From contig CM114271.1 in NCBI GenBank assembly GCA_050084515.1, positions 13,826,001 to 13,890,000 of the forward strand: a stretch of DNA of 64,000 nucleotides. The letters are read 5' to 3'. Positions within the stretch are counted from its first letter, which is position 1. Each line of letters begins with the position of its first letter. Of this stretch, positions 51,207 to 64,000 are shown in pieces. Source of the DNA: Blasia pusilla (Eukaryota). Made by a program: the position numbers and the translations under genes. The notes under the pieces were generated by a model, which saw nothing but the letters and a program-made list of their open reading frames with translations, made no database searches and was not told the origin of the DNA.

Positions 51207-51900
51207 GTTCTAACTACAACATGAGACTCTTACATGATAATAAGTATTTATAGTTCCTAAGTTCTATTAGATTCTCGCAACCTACAATTAAGTAGATTAA
51301 CAATTTCCTCAAGGATTGCTTTGTTGATGAATCTACTACCATGGACTTTATACAGTCTGAGACTTAAATAAACTTTTCCCATCATAGCAACGTCCAACTA
51401 TTCAATACCATAAGTGTCAAGAGGTATTTTGGCTATACCTACATATTACTAGTACAAGTCCAAACTAACACTACATCATCACCTAAGTTCAGGTGTTGGA
51501 TAAATGATGATGAATTCCATATATCAGTTAGCGTACATTGCAATTGGTTGCACTGTAATGCTTACTTCAAATGTCAAAATATCCATACAAGCAGCAAATG
51601 GATCTCTTGGTATTATAATTGATATTCATTACAAAGACGGAATGCTCAACAATATAATTTTACGAATAACTTAGTCGAGTACAATTGTCAACATTACTAG
51701 AACAAAATTCCTCTTCTCTTATGTATGGTTTAGATTGTAGGTACTACAAGAGGACATTCCCACTCATTCCTGGGATATGCAATGATAGGCCATAAGACTC
51801 AAGGACTCATAGTCAATGGTAGGTGCCTACTTATCATAAAGTCTTCCTTTGCTAAGGGATAAGTGTATATCATGCTCTCACGTGTCCGCAACATGTAACA
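51207..51900 (+). mobile_element. Continuation of the Helitron PIF1 helicase after the nested LTR block
   Basis: Degenerate motifs NYNMR, AANGS, YAMIGHKTQG (H-K-x-Q-G) and YIMLSRV. Confidence 0.7.
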
Positions 51901-54900
51901 ATTGTGAATTCTTAGAAAATTACAACACTAGATTTTGCTACTTATGGACAACATGGCTAGTTTCTTGTTTCTATTTTCTTCTCCTATAACTACTCTATTC
52001 TTTAGAATAGAGTAGTTTGAAGAATAGAGTAGTTATAGAAATGGCAATGAATGAAGGCTCATCACATTCTAAAGGTAAGAAGCAAGAAACTATAGTAGTT
52101 CCACCGATGTCCTACATGCAGCTAGTTCATCACGTAACATCCACTATCCACACAACAAATACAATTCTATCAAATGAAGATAACACCTCCATGCGCTAAG
52201 ATCATCACACACCATATCAGACCTCTCAAGTAAACATCAATTTCTTACTTCAACTTTTTGCTCCAACCCAACTCTACTAGTTGCCCAATACGTACCTACA
52301 AACTACATGGATTTTGCAAGCATGATACTTAGTGATGTACATAGCATCCAAGACAAACCTACGCCACGTCTTGTACAACCAACAGAGAATCAAATGAGGT
52401 TTTCTAATAACCTTGGCCTCGTCACTAAATTTTGGGAGAATGGAGTTACGAGCAAGTAGATTCAAGCCATCATAACCTAGGGCAGAGCATGGGATCAAAA
52501 GTTCTGTAATGTCAACAAAGATGCTCATGCCGCAAGTTCACTCTTCCCTACTACTCATGGTGTAAAATTCTCATTCTCTTCATTCCATCCATTTGCTACA
52601 GCTCAAATCTTTGATCTATTCCACTTCTATTTCCCTCGCTAGTTCCAAGTATGCAGAAAGAGGCTCTATGTTACACGAACATTGACTTCAAAGAGACATC
52701 AGTGATGTGCTCACAGGGGAATAGGCTGTTTATATCACTCTTGGTGGTATTTGCTTGGATCACCTTAGGTCCCTACAACACGAGTTCCATCTCCCAATCC
52801 ACATGGTTATTGACTTGTCTCCTAATAAAGCCTCCCATCTAATTAATAGGCTCAAACTTGCACACTCTAGCGGTGGACTCCCAAGTTTTACACCTGAGCA
52901 GGGTTACATCCCTCATGTCATCCCCAATGATTTTAAGGACATCGCTATTGCTGCCAATACATTGGATATTAGCACTGAGCGTTTAGGATTTGATTGTTCT
53001 ACTCATGTGACTTCACCGGCCAAAAGAAAATGCACCTAGGCTACTCACATGTAATTAGCTCTTTGCATCCTTCTCCCAATTCCTCTCTTCAATTTTGCTC
53101 ACATATTTGTCCTTCATGACATCTTTTCATGCACTTCAAACTCTTTCTTCTGCAACATAGCAGATGTTACTTTCTTCTCATGAATTCCTATTCCACATCA
53201 TAAATCTATGACATTCTTACACCTACACTCTTTTCTTTAGTGAGTATTACTACATTTCATTTCTTCATCATTTTTACTTCACAAATTTTGCTCTTCCTTA
53301 GTATTCATATCACTTAGTGCAACTAACATGTGTTTTGGACATTTTCGATACTCGCTTCATTGTACATTGTCTTTTTTTACTCATGCACCTACTTTCAACT
53401 TCTATACCTTTTCTTGCCTTCTATATACTAACAATTACTATACATCTTACACTTGTTCATGCGGCGACCATGGGCTCCATTTACATCTCTCTACTTCAGC
53501 AATGAGCAATCATACTTAGTTCCTGCAAAATTGTACCAGAAGACATTGCCGCAACTTGTGGAGGTTGAAGAACAACTTGGTACTCTCGAGATAAACATGG
53601 GACTACATGAGGAGCTAGTGTCATCTCTTTATGAAGAGATAGATATCCTCAAATCTCATGTTTCTATTCATAGAGATAGATTGAAAGAGGTTTGTGATAT
53701 TCAACCATGTATGACCACAATCTACATTTCAATCATTTTCCTTTTCAATCATTGTGTTCTTCACTTTCTGTTCTTCAAATTACCGTTAATTACACACAAC
53801 ACATAAGCTTCATTTTTCATACTTTCATGATTGTTCTTCCAAAATTCTTCCACATTTCCACCGGCATCTATACTTCCCTGAGGAGGAAATCCCAAAATGG
53901 ATCCTAGTGGACATAAGCGAGAAGCTTGTTTTTTTTTTTCAAATGTACCAGTAAGGTACCCGTGCAATGCACGGAAAATAAAAAAGTGTTTGAAAAACTT
54001 TTGTTAATGAAGGGATTAATGATGCTGCACACAAATTCAAACTTTTTTCTTCCTGCCCATAACACGTGAAACATTTTTTTTCTTGCCCAATTACCACATG
54101 TCAATAAGACCTTAAGAAAAAGGAGTCAATAATAGTTTTTTAAAATTAGATATAAATTTTCAAAAAAAATGATTTAAATTTTAAGTATAATTTACAATTT
54201 TTAAAATCTTAGAAGAGTAAAAAAATTTCACCTTTAAATAACACCCATCTCCCCTGAATAATTTCACTCCTCCGTAGAAGCTCAAACAAGAACTATTCTT
54301 TCCCTTCCATTCTTCCCAACAAAATAACATTCACTAACCAAAATCTTAGCTAATTTTAATTAATGAAATCATTTTATTTTTCCATTAAAATTCATTTTAA
54401 TTTTCCAAAATATACCATGCAAATTAATAAAATTATTTTTTAAAATGATATGCTACTTACTTATAATAAATTTTAAATATGACTTTTTTTCTAGAATCTC
54501 AAAAGAATAACAATATTTCACTATTCTTAGTAATTAAAATCCTCCATTCAAATTTAAATGATATCCTAATACACTAAGTAATTTTATTTTTCCATAAAAT
54601 TAAAAAAAATCTACTCCTCTATTAACTTTTTATTTCCTTTTTTTCATCAAATATGAAAAGAGAAAAAAAATCTAAAATTTTGGTTATTAATTATATTTTA
54701 TTAATATTTATAATCACCCAATATAATCTTAAATTAATTATTATTCTATGTATTTCATTCAAATTCTTTCTATTTCTAGAGTGTTGCCTATTCCCTAGCA
54801 TATTTCTTATTATGCATATGTGGTCATATAACGAAGGGGTTCGTGCAGCGGCCATCTCCGACCTTGTGGCGTGCTAGCCGTACACTAGAGATATACTCTC

Positions 54901-55057
54901 GGGACGACAATTTTTCTTTTGCCTTGCACAGAAAAAGCGGTACTACGTTCTTCTTCTCTTCTTGTGCACCGTTTTGCGCGCAACTGTACAGCAGCGGTGG
55001 GGTGATTGGAGAGGTCGGGTTGATCCCGAGCCTCGCAGTGGTTTTGTGGAGAGGCGT

Positions 55058-58000
55058 ATGCTCGCGTGCAAGAGAATAATTGCCCGGTCTGTTCATTCGT
55101 TGCCGGTGGTGCTACTCGGAACGACGACGGTTTCAATGGGGTTTCACGTGTCTCCGACCACCCGGATTGGGTTTATCGGAGCGGGTCAAATGGCAGAAGC
55201 CATTGCTCGTGGATTGGTAGACAAGGGAGTTATTCCTCCTGAGCAGATGACAACTTCGGATGTCAGTTTAAGCCGCTGTAAGGTGTTCGAAGGTTTCGGT
55301 GTTTCTTCGCGGTCCTCCAATGTTGAGGTAAGCAAGCCACATGTAAGAATTTGACATCCTGGGGTAGAAGGGCGCATGGTGACCGGATGAGTACCAAAAT
55401 TTTCATTCTTTGTACTCTCTCTCTCTCCGTGGACAATAATCGCTTCATTCATTTATTCTCTTACATAGCTGCTAGGAAACGTCTGGCCCTCTGCAAGCAT
55501 TCAAAGCCAAAGGTCCAGGGTTTAGGGTTTATGGTAGACAAAGGATACCAGATGCTGGTGTAATTCTCCGATTCAGTGCACCGAGTGAAGTCTAGAGCGG
55601 ACGACTTGACAACACGATGATTCGAAGATGAGGGGGTCGTATGATTCGACTGAAACTGAACTCAGCTACTCTTTTTTAACGACGGTCGAACTTGGCTCGT
55701 CGGAACTGATTAGACCGGTCTGGTCGGAGGGAGATAAGTCTTCTCGAGGCAGTCGCTAAAGTTGCAATCAAGTCGAAGCATTCGACCGTGAAAGAAATTC
55801 AGACGCTTTGTTTTACCTGCCGATAAGCTGGTTAATTGGAACACCGAGGCCGGTGGGGTTAGAGGCAATTTTCCGTAGGCAATTGCAGAAACTGCTGGCA
55901 ATGTTTTGAAGATCAGCAGAACAACACTAATGAGAGCGCTAGCGAGCGTAGCTTCAAAAGGATCCAGAGGTGAATTATGACAGACATCGTAGGAGAAGTA
56001 TACCGTGGCCGGAATGTTCTTCATCGCAGCCCCACCATTTCAAGAATGCGCCAACGAGCGGATGTTGATTTGTGGTGAAAGTAATTAATCAGCCATCAAA
56101 AGCGTGATCATAGGGATTCTCTGGTTTCACAACCACCGCCAGAAAAAGGAATTGGATTGGCGTCATCGAGTCCACTTGAGGATTCCTGAGGTTGCAAAAT
56201 CAGCATGTCATTTCCGTCCCATGGAGCGAGTGTTCATCGCATTCTCCGCAACAACCGCTGATGGAATCCATGTAGAAGACGACCAGCTTAACACGTGGAT
56301 TTGCACACATTAATTGATGTGAAGTGTCTTTTCCGGTGTTTGCATCATTCACAACTCCGTCATGAGTGGGGGGTACTTAAACCATGTTGCTGGTTCGTGG
56401 GGTGACTTGACGTTAGACATTCAGATAATGCACTGACTTGCAGCTTTTCTTTGCAGGTGGCTGAGAATAGCAACGTTATCATCGTTGCTGTGAAACCACA
56501 ATATGGTGAGTCTGATTGTGTTGTTTCAAAGTCATGATCCTACAGGTCAAGTTTCCTAAGGAAGGCGTTTGCAGTTAAAGGAATGAACATTTCGTCACCA
56601 TTACTAATGCAGCTCACGGTCCAGCTAACCAAATTAAACAATCACGGTTTGCTAGCTGTTTCTGTACAAGCTTGTCCTGTTCTCTTTCAATGTGCCTCCT
56701 TTTTATTGCAAACATTGAACGTCACAACTCATAATCAATGGTCTTGGGAAACGAGTTCTGAGTCTGAGATTGGATTTTTGGCATCTCCGTAGTGCAGACA
56801 GTGCTCAATGATGCACGACCAAAGCTAACGAAGGATCATCTGTTAGTATCCATAGCTGCTGGCGTCAAGTTAAAAGATCTGCAGGTTTGGAATCACTTGC
56901 GTGAGATTGTCATTTTGTTGGGTCTGAGAGTACTGTTTGTTGCATTTTTTCTTCTTATGCACACTTACTCACGGTTGAGCATTCTCAAGTCTAGTGGGCA
57001 ACAACGGAGTAGGGAAATTTGTGTGCTGTTGTGGATGCTAATGCTAGTTTATGACAACAGTAATGATGGCTTTCATAGAAAATAGCTATAGAATTTGCTT
57101 TGTAGAGAATGGAACTTGAGTTTCTGTGGTGGTTGCAGACCTGGGCAGGGCATGCCAGAGTGGTGAGGGTGATGCCAAACACTCCTTGCCTTGTCGGTGA
57201 AACTGCTGCAGGTTTATCTCTACTTCTGTAAAGCAATATTCAATGGAGATATGTACTCGGGTGTTTTGAAAATGTAAACCTTCCATTTGAAAGGTTGTCT
57301 GTTAGTTGAAAGAGATGGAGTCAAACTGGGCGGATCAGAAAGTTTGACAGGTTTCCAGTAACCAAGATTTATATCTCATGTTGAAGAACTTCTTTTTACC
57401 AGAGTTTTATGGCTCAGGAGTGGACTGGGATCGCCATCCTTAAATGGAAAAATTAGAACTCATGCATAGGATTAGCAGCATGAACGAGAGATAATCGAGA
57501 TATAATCATCATTGTGACTTCTCTCTTAAGCAGTGGACACATACTTAAGAGCTGGGCCGTCAGCAAACCTGGGCATTTCAGACTTGTAACTATCAGCAAA
57601 ATGTTTTACAGGAGGATGGGGACAGTAGCCATCAACTCTTGGAGAAATGCCATTTCCTACTTGTGCATTTTTTAGCAGAAAAGTTTTCTGTTCAATGATT
57701 TTGTCATCTGGTGATCTGTTTGGGCAGCCTTAAGTGTGGGTACACTAGCTACTCCAGAGGATGTGGAACTGGTACAGGGGCTGTTCTCTGCGCTCGGCAA
57801 GATCCATGTTGTCGACGAGCACTTATTGAATGCGGTGACAGGCCTCAGGTACAGTAACACTTGGTTCTGAAAAAGTTTTCCTTATGTTCTAATAAACCAG
57901 CTCCTCTCTTATCAATTCTTTACAAAGTCTTAAAATACGCCTAGCAGCTGAAGTGTAACTTGGCATATTTCTGTACAACACCTGGAAATTGGAAGAATCA

Positions 58001-60188
58001 CAAGCCTTCAAAGGATGGATGACTGAGTCTGGGTGGCCTCTGGCCACAATCCTTACAATTATGATACTGCTCTACCTACCAACCCATGATTATCCCAAAT
58101 AAGCCCATCATTATCACGCAACAAACACCAGAGTCATGGATGAATGCCATCCACCCGCACTTAACTTTGGGAGACACAATGGAGGACTACAACTCTGGAA
58201 CCATTAGGTTGAGTTCCTAGTAGCATCCGGGAAACAACCTTTCAGGATCCTTTGTAGGGTTTAGGGAGGCAAAAACATCTCAATCCTCTCTCCCGCTCTA
58301 GAGGATGTGATTGACGATGATCCTGATTCCCTGCAGTCCTTTTGGTGTTGTAAACAAAGTGGTTCTATAATTGCAAAGAATGGCTCAAGTGAAGCATGCC
58401 AACTGCATACCAACTAGCAAAGAGTTGTTAGAATAGTTGCACAATGCCTATATGTACACCAGATGGAATACTCATGAGTGTTGGGAGTGACTGAAGAGAG
58501 CACAAGGGGAAAAATATGAGAAGACTCCACATCTTCATGAATGCTGAAAGATGCGAATCTCCTACCTCTGGAGACTGTCCAACCCTTACGTCCACTGAAC
58601 AATGTTTGGGGGCAGAAAATTCAGTGACGCCCCTGGGTTGCAAGGAGGTTTAGCTCATGGAATGGGACTCTTAGAGAAGAATTCTGCACCGCAGGCGCAA
58701 AAAGTCCCACACTGGCCAGATTCATATGTTGCTCGTCAGTGTTATGGTGTAATTCAGGGTAGTTTTCATTCACTAAAAGCGACCACAGACAAGTGTAGAT
58801 AAAGAAATTCAGAGGAAGTAGACAACAAAGAACAGCTAACTTGTGGACATGATAAAGGACTTCCTTGAAATCTTCCTGGGAAGTCTGGGCATGAGTAGGA
58901 GTGGTTTCTGGCTTCGTAGGAACCAGATTCAAATAACTAAGCTTTTCTACACTGTTTTGCGGCTACGTGAGTACAATATCAAGAAAATGTGGGTTCTGAC
59001 AAAAGCTCTTCTATCACTTGCAATCATATATGATCTTTACTACCTACCTACATACTTACATGCATGCATACATACACATCTAGGTACTGCAAATTTTTTA
59101 CTCTCAGATGGGTGGCCCTTTTGGTCGACAGGGACAAAAGGACATTTCATTCGTTCTTAGGAATCCTATCTAAATGTTGGTCTACACATTCATGGCAGAG
59201 TTCCCAAATTTTGAAAGATTACCTCGTCTAAGAACTGTTCCTAATAAGGGTTTACTGTGACTGCAGTGGAAGTGGCCCTGCATATATTTATATAGCGATT
59301 GAGGCTCTGGCGGATGGTGGAGTTGCTGCAGGGCTTCCTAGGAATGTTGCTCTTTCTCTGGCTACTCAGACGGTAATAATATGTCTTCAGCTGAAGTGAA
59401 AGGGATGACTTCGCTTGCAAGTTTGGAGGGTAACTCACATACCTGATGGTATGTGAGTTCAGTTTCTGGAACTTACTTCATAGCTGAACAGTGTTAGTTA
59501 TGTCAAATGTTGTCTAATTAGGTCATGACATGACAGTTGTATCCAAGGCCCATAGATGAGAATTTGCAATCTGACTTTGGTGGTTAGACACTACTGTGAT
59601 GAATATTTTCACTGATGCTGCTGATGGTTTTAACATTTGTAAAGTGCATAGTAATACTGGTATACAGTGTGATATGGGGCCTGGTAAGTGTGGTGGCATG
59701 ATCATGTCTGACACTCTGGATTTCGGTCTGCAGGTTCTGGGATCGGCCAAAATGGTGAATGACACAAGAAAGCATCCTGGACAGCTGAAAGATGATGTGG
59801 CGTCGCCTGGAGGTCAGTGTATCTACCACACGTGGATGTTACGAATCATTTATTTATTTAATTGTGAATTGCTTGTGTAGCAATAGTGGTTTCCGAATGC
59901 CTCTTGTGGCCATGAATCATCCCTAGTAGAAGAAAGCCAACGAAGAGTTACAGGTAACTAGTACAAGTCTGACCTGAGTCTTCCAACAAAGTGCTCCTCA
60001 CATTTCCCATAAATTTAAACTGATGCTTTCACCACGTATTTATGTCCTTGCATAATTTCTGAAACATCATGTGCTCTGCAGGCACAACCATTGCAGGTAT
60101 CCATGAACTGGAAAAAGCTGGATTTCGGGTAGCACTGATGAATGCAGTATTGGCTGCATCTAAGCGTGCGGAAGAGTTGTCAGGCTAA
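55058..60188 (+). CDS. P5CR: Pyrroline-5-carboxylate reductase, 8 exons (298 aa from ATG 55058, 272 aa from ATG 55136)
   Basis: Exons 55058/55136-55327, 56457-56505, 56793-56884, 57139-57211, 57728-57848, 59267-59372, 59734-59812 and 60082-60188, all GT-AG and in frame. Motifs [37 protein letters not shown] and SPGGTTIAG. Confidence 0.97.
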
Positions 60189-62454
60189 TCTAGATATTGA
60201 CTGAACAAGGCAGTGCAATAGATGGAGATACTGGTAGCCCAAATTGATACTAGGAAATTCAAATCTCAATCTTCCATTGAAAAAAATCATCAGGGCAAAA
60301 GCTGATGATTTTATTTCAATGAAGGTTTGCTCTGAAGAGTCATCACTGGGAGCTTCAGTTTACTAAGGCATCCCATACTTTTTAGTCAGCCATTATTTTA
60401 ATATTTTTGTTCAAAATACCCTGAACATTAAATTAAACAGGTTTTCTCCGTCAGGTCTCTGGGACACCCTTTCCCTCGCCTAAACAACTTGAAGATATGT
60501 TCATGTTGTGGATTATTTTTAGTGCACTCCACAGCACTCGTGTGGGGGTGAAGCCTGGGCCATGAACCAACGTGATCTTGAAAGCAGGGAACAGAGGTCC
60601 ACCCGTTTACCAAGAACTGTCATGAAAATCAACATCATTGGGATTGCTGAACTTTCGAACCCAGGATTTGTGGGTAGCACACACTTCTTCAGAGGTCAAA
60701 CCAACCGAAGAACTTTTTTGTTCTGTAAGATGGTCTTGCGGAGAGAGTTGCTTAATTGTTTTTTAATTATTGGCTGCAACAGTATATTTTCTGTAGGCTA
60801 TCAGCTAGCGTATAATACTTTTCATAGAGAAATATTAGTTGGGAACTCCTATCGTGGTAAAGACTGCAAGTATGCTAAAGAAACATAGTACACATCCCAT
60901 GAAGAAAGAAAAGAGTTCCCATCATTCGCATGTGTGATATAGATGACGTAATTGTTAGAATTTCACATGAAATTGTCTGCTGTTTTCTTTCTGTTTTACA
61001 ACTATGGTTAGCTCTGTTAACTATGATTGGAAGCTTACCATGGTTACAAGTCTCAGTCAGTTTACTTGTTACCTCTTAAACTATTCTTGTTAGTTTTGGT
61101 TATGTTAAATTGTGCATATGGTGTGTTGGTTTGATGTGTTGGCCTGCTCTTGTTGTGTTGTCCTGCTCTTAATGTGTTGGCATATTCTTGGTGTGCTGGC
61201 ATGTTCCTGTTGTGTTGGTCATTCCACTTTGCCTTACCATGCAATGGTCCCTTCTATTGGTCTCTTCTAGGAAACTATATAACTCCCTCTCTCTTCTCTA
61301 CTTCTTTGATTCACTTGTACTCCTGCCTAAGGTTGTGTGTTTTGAGATTAGCTTCTATATACTTGAACCTTTGCTCGTACCTTGATCAACTAAGAAGGAA
61401 TGTGTATTGGTGTGGAGAATGCTCCAAGAACCAATTTAGCACACACTCTTGCATCTTGGTTTCAACCACCTCTCTTCAGGTCTTGTGTATTCTATTAAGG
61501 TGTTGCTTTGCCAAGCACCAACTTCTCAATAAAAGTTGCAGACTAGTTCTGCATGCAATCCATTTCAGATTTGTTCTTTCAGGTTTGTAAGTGATTACCC
61601 TCATGTACATGGTTCAAAGGAAGATCTTGTCGGGATCTATTATCTTTCTGTGCTTTTAAAGTTTTAAAAATAAGATCATAGAGAAGTAGAATTATGATTT
61701 CAATAGTAATTAACTACAAACAAGGAGAACATCCAGTTGAATGTCTAAGAACTATAATCGGAGAAGACTAATATAGATGATCTCCAGTTTTTTGATGAAA
61801 TTGCGCCACACGCCTTTGCATGTGGATTCTATTTCATGGATGTCTCTTCAAATAAGTGCCAGATGAACACCATTACTTGGGTAGGCAACTGCAAATTATA
61901 AGGCTTGAATTGGTGATGATCTTGATTGGCTACATGGTGATATCAGCCCATTTTTTTGAAATAAGGTTTGGTCCCATGATTAGAGGCTGGTGGAGTAAAC
62001 ATGTAGAGACCTCGAATGGATACCATGGATGTGTTTAAGGACAAGTAAACATATGATATTAGAGATGGTGAAAATCAATTAAGAATGTACTACCACACAC
62101 AACGATTGGAAGGGGGAGAGATCAATGGAAAGACCCAACCCATCACAAAAGAGAAATTTTGAATGCTAGACCCACCTTACAAGCTTCACCAACAAAATCT
62201 CACATCCCAATCCATTTTGTAGGTATATAATCTCTCGGTGGAGTTTCCCATGTTAGTTTCAAGAATTACTTGTGCATATGATTTTTGAATGTGAATAGCA
62301 TAAATACTATTAAATATGTGTTTTTTACTACCCTAAAAGTAGAATTTTTTTACCACATGCACAAAGTGTACACATAATCTGCGCTCTAAATAATGAGAGC
62401 ATCTATACTATTCATCGAAAGTGCACATCCCATTAAGAGACAAAATTTTCAACA

Positions 62455-62860
62455 CATTAACAAATTTATTTTGTCTCATCCTTGCATTTGAAAGGAAAGT
62501 TAGGGAGAGAGAGAGGGCAAATAGTAGATCATTAAAACGGGTTGTCGACTACTCTAAATAATTAATTTGATTACGACTCCAAATAATTAATCCATGCATA
62601 TCACATACTCTTAACAATAAGTATCAAAAACTCATTTCACTAGTGGATAATATGGGCACAATGTGTAAAAATTGTAACGTCTAGCCCATAATTTTCTATA
62701 TTATTAATCCAAAGTGTGTATACCACTAATGAAAAAATTATCCATCCATTAGCAAATTTAGTTTCTCTCACCCTTGCATTTGAAAGGAAAGTTAGGTGGG
62801 GGGCAACTAGTAGACAATTAAAAATGGGTTGTCCACTACCCCATAATTCAGCTACCACTC
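62455..62860. repeat. Diverged ~120-bp direct repeat pair (period ~290 bp)
   Basis: CATTA.CAAATTTA...CCTTGCATTTGAAAGGAAAGTTAGG...GGGTTGTC.ACTAC at about 62455-62580 and 62747-62860. Confidence 0.75.
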
Positions 62861-63519
62861 CAAGAACTACTTTGTGCATAGCATAAACCCCTAGCAATCA
62901 AAAGCCATAACAATCTAAGGGCAAGCTTTGATTTCCCTTGAGGGTCAAGGAGAGTTAAGGCCCCTCATGTGTGGAGGCCCCTAATGGAAGCCGGATAGAA
63001 GCCTTGCGTTTAGGAGAGATAGGAATAGAGGACTCAAAAGTTGTGGACAGGTCACAGAACGGTTGGGATAAGCCATGGGAAGTAGTACATGTGCCAAAGC
63101 CGTAGATTTGTTACTTTCGGTTGTGTGGTTCAAACAGTGAGGTAGGAGGGCAAGGTATATGGTAAGCGAGAATCAAAGCAAGGTATGGGGTAGGCAAGGT
63201 GTATGGTAATCGCAATGTATGACGAAACATGAGGGTTTCGCAAGTCGCGAGTGAGGTTTTTGCGAGTGCAGATTGAGCAACGACTGAGCATTGAGGAAAG
63301 ATCAAGCATCAAGGCACGATCAAGTGCAATCAAAGAAGGCAAGATGGAGGGGGATTTGTCGTTTGTGGGTGAGACTTTTGCAAGTCATGAGGCTTCTACC
63401 TTTGCGGCTCAAAAGAGTAGTGATCAAGCTATATTTCAAAGGTGCGCCTGGACGATCAGCAGAGGCAAGGTGGAGGGGGGATTTACCAATATTTTAAGTG
63501 AGGAGCGGCGGTCACCCAA

Positions 63520-64000
63520 TGTCGTGCGCCTACTCTCCTCGAACGTCAATCTGAGTGTTGCGGAAGTGTATGTAAAGTAGGACACGCTTTCATCGCCAAC
63601 CTGCACCTAAACGCACTTCACGTTAGTCTGGCTTTGGGTCAAGCAGCCTTCCAATCCACCGAGTCCTCGACTCGGCACCTCATCCAGCTCAACCTTCCCT
63701 CATTCCTAGGTTCCCAACACAGGCAAGTCTTCCGAGACTTTGGACACAGTTTTTGGTTAGTCCAGCACCTAAATATAGGCAGACGTCATTTTAGGTGCTG
63801 GACTAACCAAAAATTGTGTCCGCCCGCCTAGCGGTCCAAATTGTCCAACGGACCTTGCATGAGTCCCCAACCAAAACTCAAAATTATAAGTCGCGAGTTG
63901 GAATCCAATAGGGACCTCCGAAATCCACTCTGTTGGACTTGGTTCGGGTTTCGAATCCCAATGCCAAACTCCCAATCCGTTCCGTGCCCTTGAGTCGCAC
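63520..64000 (-). mobile_element. Family A-related LTR running off the window end
   Basis: Starts TGTCGTGCGCCTACTCTCC, the reverse complement of the family A LTR 3' end. No adjacent PBS, so it is a 3' LTR or a solo LTR. Confidence 0.85.

Noticed and set aside
1-64000. CRISPR arrays, tRNA/rRNA genes, prokaryotic operons
   Set aside because: None seen. The sequence is eukaryotic with spliceosomal introns, and its repeats are TE termini or microsatellites.

Overview
Eukaryotic land-plant DNA, probably a bryophyte (inferred from the gene structure and transposon families, not proven). The window holds two clear spliced host genes, EMC8/9 (6777-10112, +) and pyrroline-5-carboxylate reductase (55058/55136-60188, +), plus one candidate secreted-peptide gene (27321-26085, -). 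The rest is mostly degenerate, nested transposons: several Ty3/Gypsy families, a Helitron and CRE-like non-LTR fragments. The standout is a Gypsy element at 41310-51180 (-, 4-bp TSD AAGG). Its pol region carries a DNMT3-like cytosine methyltransferase upstream of RT, and its integrase ends in a PHD finger. It has a Tf1-like self-priming site instead of a tRNA PBS. It also lacks two equal LTRs: the layout is A1-PBS-gag/pol-PPT-B1-NN-A2-B2, with an internal CA-NN-TG junction. Related families in this window show parts of the same split layout. Together this suggests a DDE-integrase retrotransposon clade that integrates through a junction inside the LTR.
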